Of a stretch of DNA of 64,000 nt, positions 1 to 14,649 are shown piece after piece. The position numbers and the translations under genes are program-made. Position 1 is the first letter of the stretch. Every line of letters begins with the position of its first letter. This DNA is from the human T2T-CHM13v2.0 reference genome, Homo sapiens. The notes beneath the pieces are model-generated. The model made no database searches, was not told the origin of the DNA, and saw nothing but the letters and a program-made list of their open reading frames with translations. The DNA lies in NCBI RefSeq assembly GCF_009914755.1, contig NC_060937.1; one strand, given 5' to 3'.

Positions 1-199
1 CTGATCAGGCTTACTCCCACTCCTCCTTGTCTAGCACTGTATGTGAATATCACCAGGCTAGCCTGATGGAGTAGAAAAAGTATCCAGAGAATAGCTATGT
101 GGACCAGGGTTTTCCAACCAAAGCCACCATGATATGAGCACAGTAGTTGCTACTTTTTTGTGATACTGGACTTTGTAACTGTATTATTGAATTATTATA

Positions 200-305
200 T
201 GTATATATGTGTGTGCATATGTGTTTTATACATAATATATACATATATGTGTGTTTTATATATAAATGTATATAATATGTATATTTATATATATATATCC
301 TATAT
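200..305. repeat. (TA/TG)n low-complexity microsatellite
   Basis: Run of tata/tgtg dinucleotides read directly. Confidence 0.8.
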
Positions 306-405
306 CACAGATAAACTAAATTAATACTTGTTGAAACACACAATGTTCTCTATGGAAAAATATTACTGTACAATGACTACTATAGAAAAGTATCTATCTA
401 TCTAT

Positions 406-901
406 CTGTCTAGTAGACACCACCCCACCCCAAAGATATTTTTTATCTAAGCCTTGGAATTCGTGAATATGTTAGGCTACATGGAAAAGGGGAATTAAGA
501 TTGGATTGAATTAAGGTTGCTAATTCATTGACCTTAAAATAGGGAGATAGACCAGGTTATCCAGGTGGGCCCAGTGAAATCACAAGAGTCTGTATAAATA
601 GAGAGACAGTGTCAGAGTGACGTGATGTTAAGAAAAACTCGACCTTCCATTGCTGGCTGAGAAGATGTAAGGGGGCCAAAACCCAAGAAATATAGGTGGA
701 CTCTAAAAGTTAGAAAAGGTGAGAAATTGAATCACTTTCCAAAGCTTCCAGAAAGGAATACCACTCTGCCAACCCAGTGATTATAGCTCAATGAAACCTA
801 TTTTGAACTTCTAACCAAGAGAATTGTAAAATAATAAATCATGGTATTTTAAGCCACTAAGGTTGTAGTAATTTGTATAGCAGCAATAGGAAATAAATAC
901 A
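406..901 (+). mobile_element. MaLR solo LTR, MLT1D-like
   Basis: Hallmarks gaattaaggttgctaat, ttatccaggtgggccc and 3' end ttttaagccactaag...cagcaataggaaataaataca match the recalled MLT1C/D consensus. Confidence 0.8.
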
Positions 902-2926
902 TATATGAATATTATTTATGGAGTGTATGATGTAATAATATGTGTGTTACTATTGTAACAATTCAGTTATGGGACAATTATCCTCACTTAATTAATGAAG
1001 AGATGTAGATATAAACTTTAAAAATAATACAGCCATACTTTAAATTAAGATTGTTTCAATCCAATCCCAGGATTTCAACAACACATTAAAATTCTTATAT
1101 TATTTATTCATATATTGGTTATTTTCTTTATTGTAATACTAAGCTATTTAATGTTTCATATTTTAAAATGTTATTTCAAATATGCCATTAAAATTATCTA
1201 ATATCTTTCAAAAGAAATAATTTCTAAATTTAAAGATGTAGCTTTCAAGCAACTAATGGCCACCTGAAATTATATTAACTTAGTATTATTTATCCAGGAA
1301 CTATTTTTTTAATAGTTCATGTGTAACATGACATGATTATCACAATTGTTTGATTTTGGCTGATATAGTGTAATTGATATGTGCTGAAACAAAATTATGT
1401 TTTCTTGATTCTATAGTAAAAATAATCTCCAGATCATATTTTCATTATCTCAATGAAATTTTCAAAAATTGATGGGATTTTGTCCATAACATTTTGAGAA
1501 TGTCAAAGAAAATACATAAGAAAAATAAAAATATACAGAAGCATTTTAATAAAAGATTGTTTTAATATGATTTTATTTTACATAATAAACATTATGTTAA
1601 ATCCAAAGTATGCTATAATTGAGAACTGACAATGTTTATTCTGCTTCATCATCAATTTAAGAACATATAGATATACCCACTTTAGGCATTATTATAAAAT
1701 TATATATCATGTTCTTCATAGAAAAAGTTTCACATATATAATGCTGATTTTGTTGTCAGATGTACAAAGCACTTGGGTACAATGCAGGTGACTAATAAGC
1801 TAAAATTTTTAGAGAGTCCTACTTATTTTAACATAGATCAACATTAACATATTTGCAGATTTTTGGGGGACATTACATTTGTTTAGACAGCAGTAGACTA
1901 CTCAGGGTTGAGTTCAAAATGAAAGCTTAACAAATGAGACTATTTTTGGGAAACTGAACGTTGGGTCCTAAGTTGGAAAGAAAGTGACTGATGTAACTAA
2001 TTGTTTCGAGTAAGGTCCATTTCCAGTGATGGCTCTGTCTCAAGCACTTAATAATACCTATCAGTTAAACTATGCTTTATTGATTGAGTGATTGATTCAT
2101 TTTTGTTATCATTCTCACCAGATTCCATGTTATATTTATAATAAAAAAACTATTTTTACCTTCTGCAAAAACTATGAGTTTAAAAACAATAAATTAGAAG
2201 ATAATTATTCTGGGACAAGCCAATCCTTTGAAGAAAAATAAACAAATATACTAACGTTAAGTATTAAGTTGTAAACCACTGAATTAAGACACTTCCTTGC
2301 TAATCAAATGCACTATTGAACCCCCTTGAAAGATAATCAGAAACGATTTATATACCATATCCATTTTAGCCTTTTTGTTATCTTTGCACACTTTGAATTT
2401 TAAAATTTTTGCAGAATATTTTAAGATAACAAAACATTTGTAAATAGAGTAGAACAGTGAAGAACAATATTAAAAACAAACTTTACATGTATAATCACTA
2501 TGCTAGTATGATTTTCATGGATTTTATTAAAGCATTCATGGTTATAACACTCTTTGTTTAAATCCACTTTAGCCTTGTGCAATTATGTTTCAGAGTTTTG
2601 TACTGCTTAGTCTGTACTGTCTGATAAATGCCCAGATAAAATTTTTTATGTCATAAATAATAAATATTACTCAATTGATCCCATCCATGAGCTTTATAGT
2701 TTTATTATATTTTTATAACCTTATACAATTTGATCAGTTAAATACTATACCTGATGTACTTATGACAGTATGTATTCTTAGTTGTAGTCAAAACAAACAG
2801 AAAACAAAGATATATCTGTAAACACACAATCACACAAACTCACACTCACACATATTTGCATCTGAGTTTCTTAATATATAATGTACGCATTAAAATAAAT
2901 TCCTTGTAAGGGTACACTAAGTATTA

Positions 2927-3232
<306 letters not shown>

Positions 3233-3609
3233 TTAAATATCAGTAGGAACACATATATTAGGCATATAGAATCATTGATTAATGCATAGGAGATAATACA
3301 TTCTAAATACGTGTAACAACATTTATTAAGATTGCTGTTATTGCCGTTATTTACATATGAAAAGAAAATGATAAACTTATCCAGGTTTGCATTTATTGAG
3401 TAGTCTTGCTTAGTGTTTGATAATTTGAATTTCTTTTAATGGAACTATCTTCACCCTGTACATTGTTTTCTACTCCAACAGAAAAAGAGGTGTTCAAATT
3501 AAAAATAAGATTTGACATATCTATACTGAAGCAATTGTCACTCGTGGAAAAAAATGACTAATTATATGGACCAGCTTAGTAGATAAAACTGGGTAAGTAA
3601 AAGTAAATT

Positions 3610-3860
3610 AAAATATGGACTCAGTTCAGATAGAGCTGGATTCGCAATATGACACCACAGGTTACAACAATATTACTTTGTGCCTATTTGTATTTCATGA
3701 TTCTAATTATTCTCTTTCATAACATAAAGATAATAAGAAAACCCACTGCACATAATTATGATAAGAATTTAATGAGAAAATACATGTGAAGTTCATATTA
3801 CAAAGCTTATAATTTAATTAAGAACAAGTACATATTAGCTGTAATAAGTATTATAATCAT
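3610..3860 (+). mobile_element. MIR (degraded)
   Basis: cagatagagctggattc ... gataataagaaaacc ... agaatttaatgagaaaatacatgtgaag resembles the MIR core. Confidence 0.55.
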
Positions 3861-4764
3861 TTCTATTTTATCCATGGCCACTATTTTAAACGCTGACCTA
3901 TTATATTCTGTATATATAGTAATAATTTTTTTCTCCTATTATACAAAAGTTTTACACTCTTTTTCAATTTTAAATATTGTCATATTGCCAAGTTGACAAA
4001 ACTGACAAGAACACAATAAAGAAATTCCAAATTTATGATTTATCACACTAAAAAGAAACCTCAGTTTTAGATCCTGGATAGAATCTCACCAAAATTATTG
4101 AATTTAAAAATTCACAGCTTGGAGACTAGTATACATCATAGAACAGTTCTTAAAAGTTAAATTAAGGATACATAAACATTTTGTAAATGTGTTTCTTGAA
4201 TTTACAGCAATTAACAGCTTCACTGCAATCTCTGTGACTTTTAAACGATATTGCTGATGCACTAATGGTGATTTCTAACGAGAGCATTCTTGTGAGATAA
4301 AGAAAAAAAAAATTTGTTGACAATTAATTATGGTTGCCTCTAAACTACAGAACATAAACACAAAGATTGTAGTAATAGCAGTATTGATTCCTTTTCTTCA
4401 GGTCTCATTTTACCACTTGAATTTACTTTTAATCCCACTTTTATTCATATTTTTAATTTTAGTCATGAAGACATTGCAATAAAAACATAAGGATATATCA
4501 ATCAATAGCTTGAGATATGAAAAGAGTTTCTATAGATGAAAATATGCACAAATATGAAAATGTGTTTGAGTCAATCAACAACAAATTGGAGAGTACCAGA
4601 TTAATGAGAAAGACCAGGTGAAGCTGGTCTCTCCTAAAACACACACATACACACATAATATATTTTAAATGACAGTAAAGTTAAACACAAAGAATAAAAA
4701 TAGGAGATCCTACAATTCTAGAATAAGAATTCTAACAGGTGTGAAGAGAGGAAGTATTCTGTGC

Positions 4765-5140
4765 ATCCATCATTCATTCATTCATATCCCCATTTGTTTA
4801 TCAATTCATTTACCATCCAACAATATTTATGTACCTCCAGAAACTTCTTTCATATTTAGAGATAAGAGGGATAAATTTGAGAAAAATAAATAAGTCTATT
4901 CTTTAAAAGTTCATACAGTGTCTAAAATGTGGGGAGTGATTTGAAAGTAAATACACAACACAATATAAAACAAAATACATAATATGGTAGTAAGTGATAA
5001 GTAAGAGTGACCTTGTGAATATCGAATAGGGAGTGTTCCAGAAAAATAGCAAAAGTAAATGTGAAAACCCTAAGGCAAGAATGTGTTTGCAGTCTCTGTG
5101 GAACAAGTCAAAGGTGATAGAGGGTGAGACATAGGGAAGT
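4765..5140 (-). mobile_element. L2 3' end fragment
   Basis: cattcattcattc tail followed by caacaatatttat and ggagtgttccagaaaaatagcaaaagtaaatgtgaaaaccctaaggcaagaatg, typical of antisense L2. Confidence 0.6.
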
Positions 5141-7039
5141 TATTAGAAGAGGCAACCAAACATTAATAGTAGAAATAAAGGAATATGGACAATATATTTT
5201 TAAAGTCATCTATCTGAAGAAATATCTTAGTGCAGAAGTCAAATGAGTTAATGATAACAAATAACACCGATGAAAATAAATTTGTAAGTAGATACATGTT
5301 GGTCCTTTAAAAAATCAAGAATGAAGAAGAAACTCTACAGTCCAGTAGACAGAAATGAAGAAATAATGAGGTTGACGTTAAGCTGTTCTGCAATGCCAAA
5401 TGTCAGAAAACAAGGGCTCATTATCTGCATTATATTAAAAAAAGGTTGTGCCCTCTGTGACAAAATCTGTCAGGCTGTCTTTCACATGGGAGGTGAGAGA
5501 TGGACATTCACTGACTGCAAGGAGTCAGAAAGTGGGCAATTGTCATAATCTCTTTAGGAAAAATAGTAGAGATAACAAGGTATTAATTGACAGCAATGGA
5601 GAAAATATCTGTAAAATAAACAGAATACCAAATACTTTAGTAACAATTACAGAAACTCTAAATAAAGTAGTGCTAACATGATTATGAAACAATACAATGT
5701 TGAAAATTGTTAAAATATGAAGTATTATAAAATTGCAATAAAATCTGGGGAAAATACCCTTTTGTGAAAATTAATAAATGATAAATGTTGGATAAGCATA
5801 AATACATATGGAAGAGTTGGGGAAATGATATTAGTGCACAACAACAATAATAACAGGAATTGAATACTTAATGGCAAGGTCTGCTTTAAAAACATTTTAT
5901 TTAGGGACATATTTAAACCTCTTAAGCCTGTAACATATTTTCTAGTATTACCTACAATCAAAATTATATTTTTAAGCAAAACTGACTTGTAAGGAAGGCA
6001 AATGATTTTCAAAGGAGTTAAAAAAAAAAATCCCTCAGTTTCAGAGCAGTCCATTTATTCACCTGAATAGCAATGGTTTTTCATATACAGAAGTTGTCCT
6101 GGGCATAGTTAGAGAGAAAAGATAATTTGAAGTCTGAGGGGGAGATGGAAAGATGGGAAGGAATGAAAAACAAAGGTCTAGAATTCCAGTGAGTGGGTGA
6201 AGCTCTGGAGAGGGTAACATGATCAGGGAGTAATTAGTATAATCAATATCAGGGTGTCCAAAAAGTACTTCCAGTGTTAAGGAAAACACATATGCATTTC
6301 AACTTTGACTGTGACAGGCAGTAGAATGCAACTTTTCATGTCATAATCACTCAAAAATTACAGTTCTTTTGTACATAGCAGGCCTCAATTCCTGACGTCT
6401 TTGGAATCTGTGTGTAAATATGATAGAGGAATAGTTGATAAGAGCAGTGAAGTGAATTCACAGGCAGCAGAAACTTCGGACCAGAAATGACTGACACCTT
6501 GGCTGGAGTACTGGACTTTCAGCAATATAGGAAGTGAAAGCTTAGGTCAAATATATTTGGATATTAAACTGATAGGGAAAAAAGCATCATGTTGTAGATA
6601 ACTATTATTATAAGTGTAATATTTAAAATTATTTCCAACAAACAACTGCCTATGAAGATGATCACCATGGCACTATTTATAATAGGAAACTTTTCTAAAT
6701 ATAACTTTTATTCCTAAATAAGGGATTAGATAAGCAATATATATGTTAAAATACACACATAAAATACATATATATGTACATATCATCCATTCACTTTACA
6801 TTACAAAACATTATGATAATGCTGATTTTTTCAGGACAGTTTAAAGAAAAAAAATAAAGATAAGTGCTAGAAGCTGTAGTGTGATACCGACCACCTCTTC
6901 TGAACCTATGTGGTTTAGGTGTGTTTCTTTTGTTTGTTTTTTAACTTTCACTTTAGGTTCAGGAGGTTGTGTGCAGGTTTGTTTTATAGATAAATTGCAT
7001 GTCACAAGGTTTGATATACAGATTATTTCATCAGCCAGG

Positions 7040-7753
7040 TGATATGGTTTGGATTTGTGTCCCCACCAAATCCCATGTTCATTTTTTTTTTTTTTTTGAC
7101 AGTCTCACTCTGTTGCCCTGGCTGGAGTGCAGTGGCACAATCTGGCTCACTGAAGCCTCCGCCTCCCAGGTTCAAGGAATTCTCCCGCCTCAGCTTGCCA
7201 AGTAGCTGGGGACACAGGCATGTGTCACCACGCCCAGCTGATTTTTCTATTTATAGTAGCGACGGGGTTTCACCATGTTGCCCAGGTTGGTCTCGAACTC
7301 CTGACCTCAAGTGATCCACCCGCCTCAGCCTCCCAAAGGGCTGGGATTACAGACATGAGCCAACTGCGCCTGGCCTCGTGTTCAATTTTAATCCCCAGTA
7401 TTGGAAGTGGGGCCTGGTGAGACGCGTTTGGATCATGGGGGTGGATCCTTTATGAATGGTTTAGCACCATCTCTTTGTTGCTGTTCTCCTGATAACGTTC
7501 TCATAAGATGTGGTTGTTTAAAAATATGTAGCACCTCCCCGACTCTTTCTTCTGCAGGCTCCAGCCACATAATTCATGTCCACTTCACCATTGCCTTCCA
7601 CCATGATTGTAAATTTCCTGAAGCCTCTCCAGAAGCAGAAGTCACCGTGTTTCCTGTACAACCTGAAGAACTATGAGCCAATTAAACCTCTTTTCTTTAT
7701 AAATTACCCAGTCTTGGGTATTTCTTTACAGTAGCACAGGAATGGACAATACA
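7040..7753 (+). mobile_element. MSTA/MSTB-like MaLR solo LTR, interrupted by Alu
   Basis: tgatatggtttgg start, ...aatggacaataca end, perfect 5-bp TSD ccagg at 7035-7039 and 7754-7758. Confidence 0.9.
7082..7375 (-). mobile_element. Alu (AluS-type) inside the MST LTR
   Basis: Poly-T then antisense Alu ending tggcc; flanked by catgttcatt / cgtgttcaatt TSD-like repeats. Confidence 0.95.
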
Positions 7754-8904
7754 CCAGGTAATAAGTATAGTACCCTATAGGTAGTTTTTCGATGCTCACC
7801 TTTCTCCCACCATCCACCCTCATGTAGGCTCCCATGTCTGTTGTTCCTTCTTTGTGTCTGTGTGTACTCAATGTTTAGCTCTCACTTATAAGTGAGAATG
7901 TGTGGTATTTGATTTTCGGTTCTTGCCTTAGTTCCCTTAGAATAATGGCCTCCAGCTCCATCCATGTTGGTGCAAAGGACATGATCCCTTTCTTTTTATG
8001 ACTGCATAGTATTCCATGGTGTATATGGACCACATTTTCTTTATCCAGTCTACTGTTGATTGGCATTTAGATGATTCCAGGTCTTTGCTACTGTGAATAG
8101 TGCTGCAGCAAACATATGCAGGCATGTGTCCTTATGGTAGAATGATTTATATTCCTCTGGTTATATACCCAGTAATGGAATTGCTGGGGCTAATGGTCAT
8201 TCTGTTTTAAGTTATTGGAGAAAACACCAAACTGCTTTTCACAATGGCTGAACTAATTTACTTTCCCACAAGCAGTACAGTATAAGCATTCCCTTTTCTC
8301 TGCAACCTTGCCAGAATTTGTTATATTTTTGAGTTTTTAATAGTATCCATGTTGACTGGTGTGAAATTGTATCTCACTGTGGTTTTTACTTTCATTTAAT
8401 AATTACAGGTATTGAGCAATTTTTCATATGCATCTTGGCTGCAGGTATGTCTTCTTTTGAGAAGTGTCTGTTCATGTTCTTTGCCCAATGTGGTTGTTCG
8501 TTTTTGCTTATTAGTTTGTTTAAATTCCTTACAGTTTCTGGCTATTAGATCTTTGTCAGATGCAAATTTTGAAAATATTTTCTCCCATACTATAGGTTAT
8601 CTGTTTATCTTGTTGATAGTTTCTTTTGTGGTGAAGAAGCTCTTTAGTTTAATTAGGTCCTATTTGTCAATTTTGCTTTTTGTTGCATTTACTTTTGGTG
8701 ACTTCATCATAAAATCTTTGCTAGGGCTTATGTCCAGAGTGGTATTTCCTAGGTTATCTTCTAAGGTTGTTATAATTTTAGGTCCTACATTAAGTCTTTA
8801 ATCCATCTTGAGTTGTTTTTTGTATATGGGGTATACAAAACTGGAACTGGAACTGGAAGGGGTCTAGTTTGAATCTTGGTTTAGGTGTATTTCTATCAAG
8901 TTTA

Positions 8905-9320
8905 ATATTAGGAATTCAATTATTCACAATGTCTGGTACTCCTTGCCTTGTGGATACATAAGAAAGTGTATTTCTCAGCCCCTTTTCAGTTAGGTGGGCT
9001 GCATGAAAATTTTTGGCCAATTGGTTATGATTATAAACAACTTTCAGGCAAAACAGCTAATTTCATATGTGAGACTTTCTAGGGTTTTATTTTTCTCCTG
9101 GAATAATCATGTAAAATTCCCCTTAACAAGAGGATAGACCCATAGGCCTGTATGCTTGAAATGCATTCAAATGTTGCTTGAAGTTACGAACAACTTTGCA
9201 TGGTTAAAAATAAAGCTTTCTTATAATAAGTAATTGCTATGTAGATTTTTGTTGTTTTGTTTTGGTTTGGTTTGGGTTTAAACTTAAGCATAACCTTATA
9301 GCTATTCAGAATAATAAATA
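8905..9320 (+). mobile_element. MLT1I/J-like LTR (degraded)
   Basis: tttctcagccccttttcagttaggtggg...tttggccaat and 3' aaataaagctttc...agcataacct match recalled MLT1I features. Confidence 0.6.
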
Positions 9321-10266
9321 GTGGGCACCAACAACAGTTTGCATGTCCTTCTTAAAATTGTAGAAATTAATTTAAAAAAAAATTTATGATATTTACACCT
9401 TTAAGATCAATTTTAAAGATAAAACATATTATATTCCTCCTAGATTCACTTGTTCTTTATTTATGTTATTTATTTTTTTCTTTCCCCAACATGAACACCT
9501 ATTATTCAGTGGTTGTTATGTAGGCTTAAAGAGATTATTATCACAATATTTCCTATCCAAATTGCTTTAATTTTAATACTTTGGTGATTATCTTTTTCCA
9601 TTGCATTATTTCATTTAGACACAAACTTACCAAAGAGTAACAAAACTGGTTTTATTATAAAATAGAATAAAATTGATCCAAAGTAAAATAAAATTTCTAC
9701 ATACTTTGAAGAAATCAGTATCATTCCCTTTGGAAACATCCCCAAATTTCTATGAACACTTTCTGTATAAATTTTGTGTGTTTTGGCTTACCCAGATACA
9801 AATAGAAGTAAACAAATAAGAAAAGTATTATTTCTTAAAGTTTCAGCATTATGCATATCTATTTAGATCCAAGGACTAAATTAAAATAAAAAATTTAAAA
9901 AACTCTTGGTGATGCAAAGGTACATAGTGAATTACAATAAATCATTTTGTAATGCTTACTAATCTTTCATAAATTCTATTTATCTACATTGTTTGATACT
10001 GTCTCTGGAATGTTAAAATGCATCTCTTTTTGTAAATTCTGGAATATGTTTAACAGTCCCTACAGCATTTTTTATTGAATCTAATTATTCCAACAATTTT
10101 TTTAATAGTAAAACACTTTGTTTCTCAGTATTTAGAAAACAGGCCTTTTGACAGCAAATTATTATAATTATTATTGGAAAATATTAGACAACTTGACATG
10201 TGTAGATTTTACTTTCAAACTACTAAGTTTTTCTGTCCTTTGAAAGGCAAATGTGTTTCAGACCAA

Positions 10267-10311
10267 ATATATATATCATATATATATATATATCATATAT
10301 ATATATATATA
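10267..10311. repeat. (TA)n microsatellite
   Basis: Read directly. Confidence 0.9.
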
Positions 10312-10649
10312 AATTTTGCCATGACTATGAACCTTGTATTCTAATCAGGATTTTATTTAATAGAATTTATTATATTACATATTACAAACTATAACATAAG
10401 GCACATGACATATGAATTAATAAAAACTAATAAACAAAACCTTTTATTCTTCATTATGTTCCGTGATATCCCAGTTCAACACTAATTGCAGCTCTTAAAA
10501 TCCCAAATTATTTGCAATTCTCTTCAACCTCATTATTTTTAATTACACTCTAGTTTCCATCAAGGACAATTCTTGAAACATTCTTCAGTAATTGAGACTC
10601 TTTTTCTAGCCCTGGGGAAGGAATGGTTTATTTCTTGTTCTAATTTTCC

Positions 10650-11840
10650 CTAAATCATCTTTCAATGTCACTCTGACACAATGCCTTAATCTCTCATTCT
10701 CTCTACCTTACATATTCAAAATTTTCCTATTCTAGTGTAATATTCTCACAAACATATAAATATGACATAGTATAGCCTTTCTAGCTAGCACACCAAAAAT
10801 TTGTTTGACTACACCCCACTATTCCCTCAGCTCACTTTACTTTTAAACTGACTCAGGCTTGGACTAGTTCCTGTCATTTGACTCATGATGTTATTATTAT
10901 GCTTCCATTTAACCAAATAATTTCCTTGATACCATCTTATTTTTGTTTTATGTCTCTCTAGCTGCTATTTTCTCTTTTAGTTTTTTAGTTTCTTCTCCTC
11001 TAATTCCTTTGAAACAACTTCGGAGGTGAAACTTTTCACCTCAGTTTTCTAAGCATTTTCTAGATCATTCTCAAGCTTTTAATTTGTATTATTACTCTAG
11101 TTATTCATTGATTGAAATCCAATCTAGAAATCTTTTCTGAGCCCAGACACTCGTATAATACTGCCTATTTGAAATCTGAACTTAATCAAATTTAGGTATT
11201 GTAAATGCGACATTTTCAAAATTGTACTTTTGTCCTTCCCATTAACTTTCGTCCTCACTTCACCTCTTTCATTTAGCCCACCTACTGCTCAAGATAGAAC
11301 TCTTCAAGTCATTTTAATATCATCTTGTCATACATTCCATATCCTAGGTAATAAATTGTGATAACTGTATTTCCAAACATATCTTGAGCCTAGATACATC
11401 TGTTCTATACCACCGTTATCATCACCTCAGTCCAAGTCACCATCTCCTACTAGAGAAGAGGTTAATGCAACAACTTCCTCACTTGTCTTCTTGCTTCAAC
11501 CTGTGTTTTCTATTTTCTCCACATGGCAACCAAAAGTATCTCTCTAAACTTTCAAATACCAAATATGCACTTACTGATTACAGTCCTGAGTTATTTCTTC
11601 TTTATCTTTGCCCTGCTTAAATATTACATTAAAAAAAAGTTATCCTACTCCCCTCATATGAAAATGTCCTTTCCTTTTAATACCTCACCTACACTATCCT
11701 TGTTTATTACTATATGTGTATGTATTTATTGCTTTACTCAGTTTCCCTTTCATAAAGCAGAACTCATATGTATTTTATTCACTTGAAAACCTAGTTCAAT
11801 GTGTGTTGTGTCCAAATTATGTATTTTGAATGAATGATAA
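10650..11840 (+). mobile_element. L2 (degraded 3' region)
   Basis: ctgcctatttgaaatc, cctactgctcaag, ctcagtccaagtcaccatc and terminal tgaatgaatga are L2 features. Confidence 0.65.
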
Positions 11841-12453
11841 AACATTATCTTTTCTTCTGCAGGTCACATCATGTTCTTATAGCATTCATTCATTATATAC
11901 ATTTTATTTGACTGAACTTCGTAATTTATTTTCAAATAATTAGTCGATTGATATCAGTACTTGACTCTTAGCTATGTGCATTCTCTATCATCTTAATTAT
12001 TTTTATTCAATATGGTTTAACTTCACTTCCTACTTTATATCTTTCTGCTATTTCTCTCTTTTCTTTGTGTTTGTACCCTATGATGTACTAACTCAACATT
12101 GCTATATTTTCAAAATCATCTGAACACTGATTTTGAGCATTTATGTACTTTGAATGAGTGATAAAACATGATTTCTTCTTCTGCAGGTTGCAGCATGTTC
12201 CTGTGGCATTCATTTATCATGCACATATTCTTTGACTGAACTCCATAATTTATTTTCAAATAATTAGTTGATTGATGTCAGTACTTGACTCTTATCTGTG
12301 TGCATTCTCTATCATCTTAATTCTTTATTTTTATTCAATATGCTTTAACTTCGTATCCTATTTTATATCTTTCTGACATTGCTGTCTGTGCCCTATTATG
12401 TACTAATTCAACACTGCTATTTTTTCAAAATCACCTGAACAGATTTTGAGCAT
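11817..12453 (+). repeat. Tandem duplication, two units of about 320 bp (11817-12140, 12141-12453)
   Basis: Units align end to end by eye, e.g. tttgactgaact, aatttattttcaaataattagt, tcagtacttgactctta, gattttgagcat in both; roughly 85% identical. Confidence 0.95.
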
Positions 12454-13390
12454 TCATTAATTTTTACCATGTAATGAGCCTACTCCAGTTCCCACAATTT
12501 TCTAAAGATGCTAAATTAAGTCCTAGAAGTATACTGGTTATAATTTCAGTGAGTTCATGACATTGTAGCCTCAATTACACTCCCAATAGTGGTTTATGAC
12601 CAAGACTAACTTATGTTAACTCTTCAAAATTTATTTAATTTTAAATACTTCATTATGATGTCCAGTTTAATAAGGCATCTAGAGAGTAAATTGTGACAAG
12701 ACCTCCCATAAATCTTTAATTTGAGTTGTTAAGTAATCACAGTGAAAAGTTAAAGTGGTCAACATTAAACACTACACTGCAATAATTAGGTCCCAAGAAT
12801 AATTTGCGATAGCTACTTTGCATTGTTTATCCCAGTATCTTAATATCTGAAAAAATAAATCAAAGCACACAAGAATGATTATTGTCACATTTTTGCAAAG
12901 TTTAAAAACAAGAAAAACAGTATTTGGGTGATAAAACTGTATGTAGATTTTGTATGTTTGTGTGTGTGCGTGTTTGTGTGTGTGCCTGTAAAGAAATAAC
13001 TAATACACAATTTTCCTTTATGGCCAATTAAGATGAAGCACAAGGATGAAAACACGGCCATTCATGGAAAAATGATGATTAGATACTATAAAACAAAGAT
13101 TAGGTATAGTCAACTTCTTTAATTTAGATAACTAAATAAGAGGGGGAGAAGAATGACAACTGTGATAGAGCATCATGCTACCTTTTTTTAGAAACCAGGA
13201 AGATAGGATTTTTTTCAGATGGAAAAATGTGGATTTATAAAAATTAGTTGGACTTATGTGTTGAAAATATATTCTCCCACAAGTACTATTTCATTTGCTT
13301 TTATGTGCCTTTTAATACTGAGTTCTTGATTCTAAAATATTCATATTTATCAACACACTCTTTAGTACCTTTTAAATATATAAAGATTTA

Positions 13391-13733
<343 letters not shown>

Positions 13734-13809
13734 TTATGGATTTGATATATATATATTATGGATTTGATATATACATGTATGAAATTGATTTTCTAAAAGA
13801 TATAAACAT

Positions 13810-14640
13810 CTGCTTTTGTCATTTAAGATTTTAATCCATATTCATTTCAGGCACAAACTAGGCAAATATCCTTATAAGGTAGGGAACCAAAATTATCTTT
13901 TAAATTTTTTGAAGGTAGTGTATCTTATTACTTCATTGAACTGACATGCCAGCTTTTTAAAATATCAAAGTTACATATATACATGGTCATTTTTGAACTC
14001 TTGATCTTGTTCTGTTATTTAATTTTTCTTTTCCTGTTGCAATAACTTATTGTCTAACTTCTTATTGCTTTACATCTTCGTATTGGGCAAAGCAAATATT
14101 CTTCATTAGCACAATAAAGGTCTGCCAAAAAATCATAACACAGCATTAAAAAACATGTGGAATTGGAGCTGCATTGAATTGACCAATCAATATGTTGAGA
14201 AATGACGTATTTCTCAAATGTCATGTTTGTATGCCTTTAATATGTCTACATTTAGTCTTATAATTTCCTTTGTATAAGTATTCCACATCTTTTTTAAAAA
14301 AATTTACTAGGTACTATATGGCATCTTTTGTATTGTAATATGAATTTTAAATTATGTTTACTAATTTTTTTCTGTGTCCTTAGAAAAATTCTTTGCTATT
14401 TGCCTAGATTTTTGTGTAGTAATCTATTTCCAGCACTTTAACATTTTATCATTTATAATAATTTTTATAGATGATTGGCTTTTCTCTGTAATCATTTATT
14501 TTCTCCTAATAATGACCATTTTAGTACCCCGTATCATTTCATGTAATTTAATTATTATATATGTCGGATTGTCATAGTGAGGACTTTCAGCACAATGATA
14601 ATTAGGGGTGGTGATGGCAGGCATCTCTGTTTTATTATTG
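13810..14640 (-). mobile_element. Old L1M fragment
   Basis: Degraded antisense ORF2-like text (ttaagattttaatccat, ggaattggagctgcattgaatt, ggactttcagcacaatg...ggtggtgatggcaggcatc). Confidence 0.5.
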
Positions 14641-14649
14641 CTCAAAAGA

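Larger units (their letters stand above)
6929..8876 (-). mobile_element. 5'-truncated L1PA15/16-like element, interrupted by an MST LTR
   Basis: Antisense L1 3'UTR/ORF2 end (ORF track WMELEAIIL.ELRQE.KIKYH.FSLIS). 18-bp TSD tggtttaggtgt(g/a)tttct at 6911-6928 and 8877-8894. Confidence 0.9.

Noticed and set aside
6875-9320. Fourth nesting level (L1 inserted inside the MLT1I-like LTR)
   Set aside because: The LTR similarity begins after the right TSD at about 8905; sequence left of 6911 does not clearly continue it.
10849-10885. Two TGACTCA sites 30 bp apart in L2
   Set aside because: Motif pair alone, no other support.
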